In this document: piece by piece, positions 24,453 to 32,000 of the stretch
Position numbering within the stretch: position 1 is the first letter of the stretch
Layout of the letters: each line of letters begins with the position of its first letter
Source: Acaryochloris thomasi RCC1774
Lineage (GTDB): Bacteria > Cyanobacteriota > Cyanobacteriia > Thermosynechococcales > Thermosynechococcaceae
NCBI RefSeq assembly: GCF_003231495.1
Contig: NZ_PQWO01000006.1
Location: 60,001-92,000, forward strand
Length of the DNA stretch: 32,000 nucleotides
Reading direction: 5' to 3'
Notes under the pieces: generated by a model
The model's input: only the letters and a program-made list of their open reading frames with translations
The model's database searches: none
Told to the model about the DNA's origin: nothing
Position numbers and translations under genes: made by a program

Positions 24453-27400
24453 ATGCGCAACCTTCAGCTTCTAATGCCCCAAGTGTTTAGAAAATCTCCC
24501 CTATCTCCCCTACGGCGGATTCTGATTTTGGGTTTTGTGCTGCCCCTTGTGGGGACCGTGGGCTTAGTGGAGTATCTGGCCTGGAAGGATGGGGAGCAGG
24601 CCGTCGAGCAGCTTGTTGGACAGCTTCAGCAGCGCGTGGGCGATCGCATCGAAGAACGCCTGCAGCACTATACCGAAGCCCCGGTCCAGGTGACGGAGAT
24701 TTTAGATCGCGCCCTGAAGCGAGGTGACCTAGATATTAATCAACTACAGGATTGGGGACCATACCTCTTCGATCAAGGGCAAATTTTTCAGTCGCTCCCC
24801 TTTCTTTACTTTGGCAATCAAGCTGGGGACTTTGTCATGCTAACCCAGGCTCCAAGGAGCAGCGATCAGGTGACATGGAGGGAGGGCAAACGACCAACCA
24901 CCTTAAAATACCTTGGCGACCCTCTCCGTCAGACTATCCAGGAGGAACCAACGACTCCGTTCGATCCGAGGACACGCCCTTGGTATAAACTTGCGGCAGC
25001 CGGTAAAGCGCAGTGGACCGATGTCTATGAATTTGTAAATCCCCCCGATACGCTAGGGAGCGGCTTTGTCCGTCCCTACTTCAGTGCGGATGGCAAAACG
25101 CTGTTGGGGGTGATGGGGGCAGACGTGACGCTAATTGATATCAATCGTTTTCTAACGAATTTGACAGTGAGTGAGTCAGGAGAAGCATTTGTTCTGGATC
25201 GAGAGGGGACGCTCATCGGGAGTACGGCGAAGGAGGCTCCCCTTAGCGGTAAGAACCAGCCGCGACGGATCAATGAGACTCGAAATCCGTTAATTCAAGC
25301 GACAGGGCAATACCTGCAGCAGCAGTTCAGTGACTTTGGCCAGGTCACGAAAACCCAGTCCCTGAGCTTCAGCAAAGGGGGCAAACGCCAGCTGGTCCAG
25401 ATTCGACCCTTCAGTGATGACTTTGGACTGGACTGGCTGGTGGTGGTGGTGGTGCCCGAGTCAGACTTTACCGGATCCATTCGGGACAACGCTCGGATGA
25501 CACTCTTGCTGTCACTGGGGATTCTGGGACTGGTGATTGCGTTAGCAGTGGTCTTAGCTCAAAAAATCAGCACGGCGATGTCGAGACTGAGTCAAGCCAG
25601 CCAAGAGATTGCCCTGGGCAATCTGAAGCAGATGATTTCAGGCTCCAGTATCAAAGAGCTGGATGTAATGGCTCAGACTTTTAACCACATGAGTCAAGAA
25701 CTGCAGCAGTCTTACGCTCAGCTTGAGGACTATTCACGCTCTTTAGAAACCAAGGTGCAGGAGCGAACTCAGGAGCTAGAGCAGGAGGTTTGCGATCGCA
25801 AGCTCAGCGAACAGCGGTTTAGAACCCTCGTTGCCAATATCCCAGGTGCCGTCTATCGGTGCAGGCTAGACGAGAACTGGACGATGTTGTTCATCAGTGC
25901 CGCGATTGTTGATATCAGCGGTTACCCGGCTTCAGACTTTATTCAAAATCAACCCAGAGCCTTTGGTGACATCATTGTGCCGGAGGACTTGGAGCGAGTT
26001 GCAGCCTCGATTGAGCAAGCACTCCAGGATCGCCAGCCCTATGTTTTGCAATACCGCATCCGGCATGCCGATGGTGAGATCCATTGGGTTTATGAAAAAG
26101 GGCAGGGGGTGTTCGCCCCTGATAGCGATCGGGTTCTTTGTTTAGATGGTGCCATCTTCGATATCACTTCTCAGAAGCAGGCTGAAGCGGACCTGATCCG
26201 CTCAGAGCAGAAGTACCGAACCCTGAATGACGCGACTCAAGATGCCGTTATGCTGCTAGATGGGCAGTCGTTTCTTGACTGCAATCCGGCCACGCTCAGA
26301 ATTTTTGGTTGCCGCAGCACAGAGGATTTTTGTGGCAAAGGTCCGGTTGATTTTTCTCCCCCTTATCAACCTGACGGTCGCTCATCACAGCAGGGCGCAC
26401 AGGAAACAATTGCCGCTGCTCTGCAGTCAGGTACTCATAACTTTGAATGGCTCCACCAGCGGCAAGATGGGACACAATTCCCCGCAGATGTCTGGCTGAC
26501 CTCAATGGAGATTGAGGGCAAAAAAGTCGTTCAGGCTGTTGTTAGAGATATTAGCGATCGCAAACGGGCTGAAGAGGCCATGCAACATAGTGCCGCGATC
26601 GATAGTTTGCTCAGTGAAATCTCCCAAACGCTATTAGATCAAGACCTTGATACCGCGATTGGGTTTGCGCTGCAGCAGGTGGGTGAGTTTGTGGGTTGCG
26701 ATCGCAGCTGCATCTATGCCTTCTCTGACTCACATCAACTTAGCATTACCCACGAATGGTGTGCCGACGGCGTCCCCTCACTCTCGGCACAACGTCAAAG
26801 TTTGAATGCGGATGCCTACCCTTGGTTTGCTGACCACTTACTCAAAGGCAAAACACTTCAGGTCAAGGATGTCGCCAATCTCCCACCCGAAGCCGCGTCA
26901 GAAAAAGTAGAGCTTGAGCATCAGTTGATTCAGGCTTTACTCAATGTACCGATGGTTCATGCCGATCAGGTCGTTGGTTCTATCAGCTTAGAAACGATAA
27001 AAATCATCAAAAACTGGCAAGACACCGACATCAATCTGCTCAATCGAGTCGGTGAGATGATCGCCCTCTCTCAAGCGAGACATGCAGCAGAAGTGGCGCT
27101 GCAGCAGGCCAAAGAAATCGCAGAAATGGCCAATAAAACCAAGAGCGAATTTCTCGCCAACATGAGCCACGAGCTGCGCTCTCCCCTCAACTCCATTTTG
27201 GGCTTTTCTCAACTGATGACCCGCAGCAATACCCTGTCATCAGAACATCAGGACAACGTGGGCATCATTAGCCGCAGCGGCGAACATTTGCTCGATCTGA
27301 TTAACGATGTGCTTGATATGTCTAAGATCGAAGCCGGTCGCACGACTCTCAATCTCGTTGATTTTGATCTTCACGTCCTGCTTGACGACCTTCAGGCAAT

Positions 27401-28589
27401 GTTCTTACTCCGGGCAGAAGAGAAGCAGCTCCAGTTTGAGTGTGACCGTTCCCCCGACCTCCCCCAATATATTCATGCCGATCAGGGTAAGCTGCGCCAG
27501 ATACTCATCAATTTGTTGAGTAATGCGATCAAATTCACTCAAGTCGGACGCATTACACTGCGAACGCATGCAGAGCAGGCAAACCATCTACAAGAGAACC
27601 TGACCCTCCACTTTGAAGTGGAAGATACAGGGCTGGGGATTGCGGTTGATGAGCTAAAGCAAGTTTTTGAACCCTTTGTTCAATCACAATCCGGTCAAGA
27701 TATTCAGGAGGGAACGGGATTAGGCTTACCCATCAGCCGTGAATTTGTCCGGTTAATGGGGGGAGAGATGCTGCTCAACAGTCGATGTGCTCCAGCGTTG
27801 GAAAGTCACAATCAGGCCGCTGTGCCAGAAGATGCTCAATTCGAACATGGCACGATCGCAACCTTCCATATTCAAGCCAGGGCTGCGGCTGCGGTTCAGA
27901 GCATTCGCCCCGATCGACGGATCCTGGCTCTGGCCGCTGGACAACCTAGCTATCGCATCCTGGTGGTGGATGATAAAGCCGACAACCGTAGACTGCTGGT
28001 GAAGCTGTTGGAACCGCTGGGATTTGAGCTGCGGGAAGCAAGCAACGGTCAGGTTGCCGTCCAGCTTGGCCACGTCTGGCAGCCCCACCTGATCTGGATG
28101 GATATGCGGATGCCCATGATGGATGGTCTGGAAGCGACCCGACGCATTCGAGTAGACGTGACATCCGATGCACCTCCCCCCAAAATTATTGTGCTCTCAG
28201 CCAGCAACTTGCCAGAAGATCAGGCCGCAGCCTACGCCGCTGGATGCGATGACTTTATTCAAAAGCCTTTTCATGAGGCCCAGGTTCTTGAAGCGATGGG
28301 CCAGCATATTGGGGTGCGCTATATATATGATGACGAAATCTACGACGATGGGCCATCACTTGACACTCCTGACGGTCAATTGAACGGTTCCTTAGCCCAG
28401 CTATCGCCGCAGCTTTTGGCGGAATTAGAAGCTGCAACGCTTCGTCTGCAGTGGGATCAGCTCCTAGCGCTGATTGGCAATATTCATGAGCAAGACAAGG
28501 CGCTCGCCGACCGACTCACCCGAACCGTCCATAACTTCCAATACACACAGATTTTGCAGGCGATTCAAGCCGTGAAGGAGGAGCAATGA
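24453..28589 (+). CDS. Hybrid sensor histidine kinase: TM, Cache-like periplasmic domain, TM, HAMP, PAS, PAS, GAF, HisKA, HATPase_c, REC, helical C-terminal tail
   Basis: TM1 is [22 protein letters not shown] and TM2 is [21 protein letters not shown], flanking ~290 aa. HAMP is [17 protein letters not shown]...[15 protein letters not shown]-like blocks are [15 protein letters not shown] and [19 protein letters not shown]-like is [16 protein letters not shown]. The H-box is [15 protein letters not shown]. ATPase boxes are [16 protein letters not shown] and GTGLGL. REC is [14 protein letters not shown]...[12 protein letters not shown]. Confidence 0.9.
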   Translation: MRNLQLLMPQVFRKSPLSPLRRILILGFVLPLVGTVGLVEYLAWKDGEQAVEQLVGQLQQRVGDRIEERLQHYTEAPVQVTEILDRALKRGDLDINQLQDWGPYLFDQGQIFQSLPFLYFGNQAGDFVMLTQAPRSSDQVTWREGKRPTTLKYLGDPLRQTIQEEPTTPFDPRTRPWYKLAAAGKAQWTDVYEFVNPPDTLGSGFVRPYFSADGKTLLGVMGADVTLIDINRFLTNLTVSESGEAFVLDREGTLIGSTAKEAPLSGKNQPRRINETRNPLIQATGQYLQQQFSDFGQVTKTQSLSFSKGGKRQLVQIRPFSDDFGLDWLVVVVVPESDFTGSIRDNARMTLLLSLGILGLVIALAVVLAQKISTAMSRLSQASQEIALGNLKQMISGSSIKELDVMAQTFNHMSQELQQSYAQLEDYSRSLETKVQERTQELEQEVCDRKLSEQRFRTLVANIPGAVYRCRLDENWTMLFISAAIVDISGYPASDFIQNQPRAFGDIIVPEDLERVAASIEQALQDRQPYVLQYRIRHADGEIHWVYEKGQGVFAPDSDRVLCLDGAIFDITSQKQAEADLIRSEQKYRTLNDATQDAVMLLDGQSFLDCNPATLRIFGCRSTEDFCGKGPVDFSPPYQPDGRSSQQGAQETIAAALQSGTHNFEWLHQRQDGTQFPADVWLTSMEIEGKKVVQAVVRDISDRKRAEEAMQHSAAIDSLLSEISQTLLDQDLDTAIGFALQQVGEFVGCDRSCIYAFSDSHQLSITHEWCADGVPSLSAQRQSLNADAYPWFADHLLKGKTLQVKDVANLPPEAASEKVELEHQLIQALLNVPMVHADQVVGSISLETIKIIKNWQDTDINLLNRVGEMIALSQARHAAEVALQQAKEIAEMANKTKSEFLANMSHELRSPLNSILGFSQLMTRSNTLSSEHQDNVGIISRSGEHLLDLINDVLDMSKIEAGRTTLNLVDFDLHVLLDDLQAMFLLRAEEKQLQFECDRSPDLPQYIHADQGKLRQILINLLSNAIKFTQVGRITLRTHAEQANHLQENLTLHFEVEDTGLGIAVDELKQVFEPFVQSQSGQDIQEGTGLGLPISREFVRLMGGEMLLNSRCAPALESHNQAAVPEDAQFEHGTIATFHIQARAAAAVQSIRPDRRILALAAGQPSYRILVVDDKADNRRLLVKLLEPLGFELREASNGQVAVQLGHVWQPHLIWMDMRMPMMDGLEATRRIRVDVTSDAPPPKIIVLSASNLPEDQAAAYAAGCDDFIQKPFHEAQVLEAMGQHIGVRYIYDDEIYDDGPSLDTPDGQLNGSLAQLSPQLLAELEAATLRLQWDQLLALIGNIHEQDKALADRLTRTVHNFQYTQILQAIQAVKEEQ

Positions 28590-30244
28590 CGGTTCCTGTG
28601 CCTACCGCAGATATTCTGGTGGTTGATGATACTCCGGCCAATCTGCGGCTGCTGATGAAGCTCCTCACCGATCAGGGGTATGGTGTTCGCCCTGTTGCCG
28701 AGGGGGCTTTGGCCTTGACCGCAGCCCAGCTTGTCCCCCCTGATTTGATTTTGCTTGATATCAAAATGCCGGGGATGGATGGCTATGAAGTCTGCAGACA
28801 GCTCAAGGCCGACGCGCGCACCCGCGAGGTACCCGTCATTTTTCTCACGGTGTTGGATGAAGCCGTCGATATTGTCAAAGGGTTTGCCCTGGGTGGGGTC
28901 GATTACATTACGAAACCTGTGAGAGCGGGGGAGCTAATGGCTCGGATTAATAGTCAAGTGCAGTTGCGATTTCTCCAAAAGCAGCTTGCAGAAAAAAATC
29001 AAGTGCAGGAGTATCTCCTAGAGCAGTATGAGACCACGGCCCTAGCCTTAAAGGAATCAGAGGAGAAATTCTCTAAAGCATTTGAAAGAAGCCCTGTTCC
29101 ACTGTCTTTGGCCGCTCTCCCCGCAGGACATTTTCTAGATGTGAATCAGGAATTCGTCATACAAACGGGTTATTCTCGACAAGAAATTTTAGGTCACACC
29201 GTTTTAGAACTCGACTTTTGGGTTGATTTATCTGAGCGCTCCCAACTCTTGGAGCGGTTGCAGATTCAAGGATCTGTTCATGATTTTGAAACTCGCCTAC
29301 GTGCCAAATCCGGTGAGATCAGAGACGTTCTCATGTCTGTGGAGATTATCAATCTCAATAATAATCCCCATTTTTTGGCTGCGGTGAAAGATGTCACAGA
29401 GCGGAATGTGGCCGAAAGAAGGCTGGCGGCACGGACAAAAGAACTGTCTCAAGCTCTGGAAACGCTGAAAGATGCCCAAAATCAGCTTGTTGAATCTGCA
29501 AAAATGGCGGCTTTGGGGAATTTAGTTGCAGGGGTTGCCCATGAAATCAATACGCCAGTGGGAACCGCAATCATGATGGCTTCAACTTTGGAGAATGCAA
29601 CCCGGATGATCGCAAAGGACACCGCTCAGGGACGGCTTACTCAGTCTGCTTTTCACGACTATTTGGAGGTCGCAACAGACGCCAGCCAGCTCATTCTAGA
29701 TAACCTCAAGCGAGCCGGAGACCTGGTACAGAGCTTCAAGCAAGTGGCCGTTGATCAAACAAGCCTGAGAGAGCGCACGTTCAAGGTGAAACCCTACCTG
29801 CAGGAAGTGATTAGCAATCTACATCCTCAGTTGAAACAGACGCCTCATTCCGTCACGATTGCAGGGGATGCAACACTTACGCTCCACAGCCATCCAGGGG
29901 CCTTGTCTCAGATCATTACAAACTTAGTGGTGAATTCTATCGACCACGGATTCTGCGACAATCGCGCTGGGCAAATTCACATTGACATACAGCAGCGAGA
30001 CGCTCAGTGTTTGCTCACCTACAGCGACAATGGTATAGGTATTCAGCCAGAGAATCTGGAACGAATTTTTGAACCCTTTTTTACGACCACTCATCACAAA
30101 GGCGGCAGTGGTTTGGGGCTTCATCTGGTCTACAACTTAGTGACGCAAAGTCTTCAGGGCTTGATCACGGTTACGAGTACTGTGGGAAGCGGTACGACTT
30201 TCACGATTACGATGCCCCAAAAGTTGAAGGATAAAAAGCAGTAG
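28586..30244 (+). CDS. REC-PAS-histidine kinase (HEINTP-type H-box)
   Basis: The ATG overlaps the upstream stop (ATGA at 28586-28589). REC is [14 protein letters not shown]...[15 protein letters not shown] is [18 protein letters not shown]. The H-box is [14 protein letters not shown]. ATPase boxes are [16 protein letters not shown] and GSGLGLHLV. Confidence 0.85.
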   Translation: MTVPVPTADILVVDDTPANLRLLMKLLTDQGYGVRPVAEGALALTAAQLVPPDLILLDIKMPGMDGYEVCRQLKADARTREVPVIFLTVLDEAVDIVKGFALGGVDYITKPVRAGELMARINSQVQLRFLQKQLAEKNQVQEYLLEQYETTALALKESEEKFSKAFERSPVPLSLAALPAGHFLDVNQEFVIQTGYSRQEILGHTVLELDFWVDLSERSQLLERLQIQGSVHDFETRLRAKSGEIRDVLMSVEIINLNNNPHFLAAVKDVTERNVAERRLAARTKELSQALETLKDAQNQLVESAKMAALGNLVAGVAHEINTPVGTAIMMASTLENATRMIAKDTAQGRLTQSAFHDYLEVATDASQLILDNLKRAGDLVQSFKQVAVDQTSLRERTFKVKPYLQEVISNLHPQLKQTPHSVTIAGDATLTLHSHPGALSQIITNLVVNSIDHGFCDNRAGQIHIDIQQRDAQCLLTYSDNGIGIQPENLERIFEPFFTTTHHKGGSGLGLHLVYNLVTQSLQGLITVTSTVGSGTTFTITMPQKLKDKKQ

Positions 30245-30278
30245 TTTCTGTCTTCCACGGTGACTTCCAAATACTTCT

Positions 30279-31568
30279 ATGAAAATTGCCCTCATTAGTT
30301 CAGGATTTTTACCGGTTGTTGATGGTGTATCTGTTGCGATCGCAAACCGTCTACAGCAGCTCAGTCGCCAAGGTCATTCTGTCTTATTACTGGTTCCCGA
30401 TTACGCGGCTCTGGGGCAGACTTATCCCGATTGGCAAACCCACGTGGGTTCAATTCTGCCCAATGTGAAAGTGGTGCCTTTAGAAAGTAATCCGGCCCTG
30501 GGCCTCGCCTTTGAGCGAGATGTCAAACCCAAAGCCTATCGAACTGTGCTCGCTGAGCTGGGGGCTTTTGCACCTGACATCATCCATGTCGATGAACCCG
30601 AAAGGCTCTCTTTTTGCTTGCTTAAAAAGCCAGGAATTGCCTATGCACGCCAGCACAATATTCCCTGTGTGGGCTTTTTTCATACCCACTATATTGACTA
30701 CATCGATGACTATGTAACCTGCCCTAAGATTTTTACTGCAGGTATCCAAGCACTCTTCAAAGTTCTGTTCGCTTGGATATATAACAGCTATGATGCCACT
30801 CTGGTTGCCAGCCCTACAACCTACCAAGCCGTCTGCCGGATGGGGATTCGCAATGCGGTGCAGGATGATTTTTTAGGGTTCGATGCTCCTAGCTTTTGGG
30901 CCGTTCAACGTCAGCCTCATTTTTTTGAGCAAACCTATGGGCTCAAGAATCTTGAAAACACCGTCAGGCTGGTATTCGTGGGTCGCCTCACACCGGATAA
31001 AGGCTGGGGCTTTACCTGCCACGCCGCTCGACAGCTAATCAAGGCAGTGAATCCTGCTGATGTTTCCCTAATCATTGTCGGCGACGGTCCACTTAGAGAA
31101 TCTCTTGAACAGGATTTAGGCTCACTTTTCACTCACGTTCATCTTCTGGGGCGCATTCCACCCCAGCAGATGCCTGCACTACTGGCGAATAGCGATATCC
31201 ACGTGACTGCCTCAGCGAAAGAAACGACGGGGTTAACGGTTCTAGAGGCGAGTGCATCTGGAATCCCGATACTGGCACCCCGAGCAGGCGGCGTTGTTGA
31301 CTATATCTACGATGGTCAAACAGGTTTCTTGTTCAATCCACAGGACCCAGAAGACTTTGTGCAAAAGCTTCGGTTTCTGATTGAGAATATGACTGTTCGG
31401 CAGGCGATGGGAGCCGCTGGCAAAGATCATGTCATCCCATACAGTTGGGAGCAGGCCGTCGAGAGATTATTGATATTTTGGCAAACAAAAATTTCTGAGC
31501 GTACACGAGAGAAGTTCCAGACCACTCTGCATTCGCCCCCCCAGCCCCCTGAGTCTGGAGGGAGTTAG
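30279..31568 (+). CDS. Glycosyltransferase family 4 (GT-B, group 1)
   Basis: 429-aa ORF. The N-terminus MKIALISSGFLPVVDGVS is typical of GT4. The C-terminal half has GRLTPDKG and the EX7E region ETTGLTVLEASASGIPILAPRAGG. It lies 34 nt downstream of the last kinase gene on the same strand. Confidence 0.85.
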   Translation: MKIALISSGFLPVVDGVSVAIANRLQQLSRQGHSVLLLVPDYAALGQTYPDWQTHVGSILPNVKVVPLESNPALGLAFERDVKPKAYRTVLAELGAFAPDIIHVDEPERLSFCLLKKPGIAYARQHNIPCVGFFHTHYIDYIDDYVTCPKIFTAGIQALFKVLFAWIYNSYDATLVASPTTYQAVCRMGIRNAVQDDFLGFDAPSFWAVQRQPHFFEQTYGLKNLENTVRLVFVGRLTPDKGWGFTCHAARQLIKAVNPADVSLIIVGDGPLRESLEQDLGSLFTHVHLLGRIPPQQMPALLANSDIHVTASAKETTGLTVLEASASGIPILAPRAGGVVDYIYDGQTGFLFNPQDPEDFVQKLRFLIENMTVRQAMGAAGKDHVIPYSWEQAVERLLIFWQTKISERTREKFQTTLHSPPQPPESGGS

Positions 31569-31575
31569 CGATACG

Positions 31576-32000
31576 CTAGCGAATGGCGGCGTTTAAGAAG
31601 GGTGGAATAGGGCAGCCGAGGGCAATCACAGTCCCTCGCAGTAGCTCTGCTTCTTCTACGGTGACGGTTCCGTCTAGCATCACGGTATAGGAACAGGCAT
31701 CCACTAAGGCTTTTTTCAGTTGTGGTGTGGTGTGGGCTAGCCGCTTGAGGCTTTCAATAAATTGCCTAAAGTTGTTGGGCTTGAGCTGATCAGGGATAGT
31801 GTGCTGATTGGCACCGGGGAGTCGGAACAAACCACAGCGGAGGGCATAGGTACAGGTATCGGGAATGTCATGACCGGCGCTGGCTAGGTGGGAAAGCACG
31901 GTGACGCTATCTGCCCAAATTTGATCGAGGGTGGTGTAGAGAACGGACGAATCGGGAGCTGCACCGAAGTGAGGCTGGAGTCGTCGCTCTAAAATGATCT
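31576..32000 (-). CDS. C-terminal part of a conserved protein of unknown function (the gene continues beyond the right window edge)
   Basis: The track starts this ORF at the GTG at 31899. My translation of 31900-32000 in the same frame (…IILERRLQPHFGAAPDSSVLYTTLDQIWADSVT-VLSHLASAGHD…) has no stop, so the ORF is open to the edge. The tail TVEEAELLRGTVIALGCPIPPF resembles C-terminal domains seen in some M48-type peptidase-like proteins, but I cannot confirm that. Confidence 0.5.
   Translation of the reverse strand, partial: IILERRLQPHFGAAPDSSVLYTTLDQIWADSVTVLSHLASAGHDIPDTCTYALRCGLFRLPGANQHTIPDQLKPNNFRQFIESLKRLAHTTPQLKKALVDACSYTVMLDGTVTVEEAELLRGTVIALGCPIPPFLNAAIR

Noticed and set aside
30279-31568. 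Annotating the GT4 gene as sqdX
   Set aside because: Only the first ~20 residues resemble SqdX. The length and the rest of the sequence differ, and the gene is 20 kb from sqdB inside a signalling cluster.
1-32000. Scan for known defence or mobile modules (restriction-modification, CBASS, retron reverse transcriptase, Abi, toxin-antitoxin pairs, transposases, integrases)
   Set aside because: No ORF in the track or in my own reading shows the corresponding signature motifs. MoxR-DUF58 is a chaperone-type module, not a recognised defence system.

Overview
The window reads as ordinary cyanobacterial chromosome. Markers are at least 20 HIP1 octamers (GCGATCGC) found by eye (e.g. 4239-4246, 9950-9957, 13229-13236, 17325-17332, 19207-19214, 20012-20019, 30336-30343), a CyanoP/PsbP-like gene, sqdB, a Tab2/DUF1092 gene and an NtcA-type palindrome beside an amt gene. 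I saw no transposase, integrase, CRISPR array, rRNA or recognisable phage-defence or toxin-antitoxin signature.

Gene order, left to right:
- amt (partial, minus strand), divergent from a Tab2-like gene
- a translationally coupled five-gene minus-strand operon: DUF4129-like, DUF4350-like, MoxR ATPase, DUF58, TPR membrane protein
- panD, cysC, sqdB
- a convergent HX4D acyltransferase
- a RibD_C-like reductase, a small secreted protein and a FemAB-like PF04339 protein
- a GYF_2-AIM24 fusion
- tRNA-Arg(CCG), CyanoP, terminator, tRNA-Ala(CGC)
- a four-gene plus-strand cluster: AT-less stand-alone type I PKS ketosynthase, secreted SRPBCC protein, KDSR-like SDR, 594-aa polytopic membrane protein
- a ~690-nt AT-rich non-coding gap
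- a four-gene two-component cluster: NarL-type response regulator, REC-HK, 1378-aa Cache/HAMP/PAS/GAF hybrid HK, REC-PAS-HK
- a GT4 glycosyltransferase and a partial convergent ORF

The best candidate for an undescribed system is the KS-SRPBCC-SDR-membrane protein cluster (16359-21577). The MoxR five-gene operon and the multi-kinase cluster come second. All functional calls come from motif recognition by eye. No database search was run.
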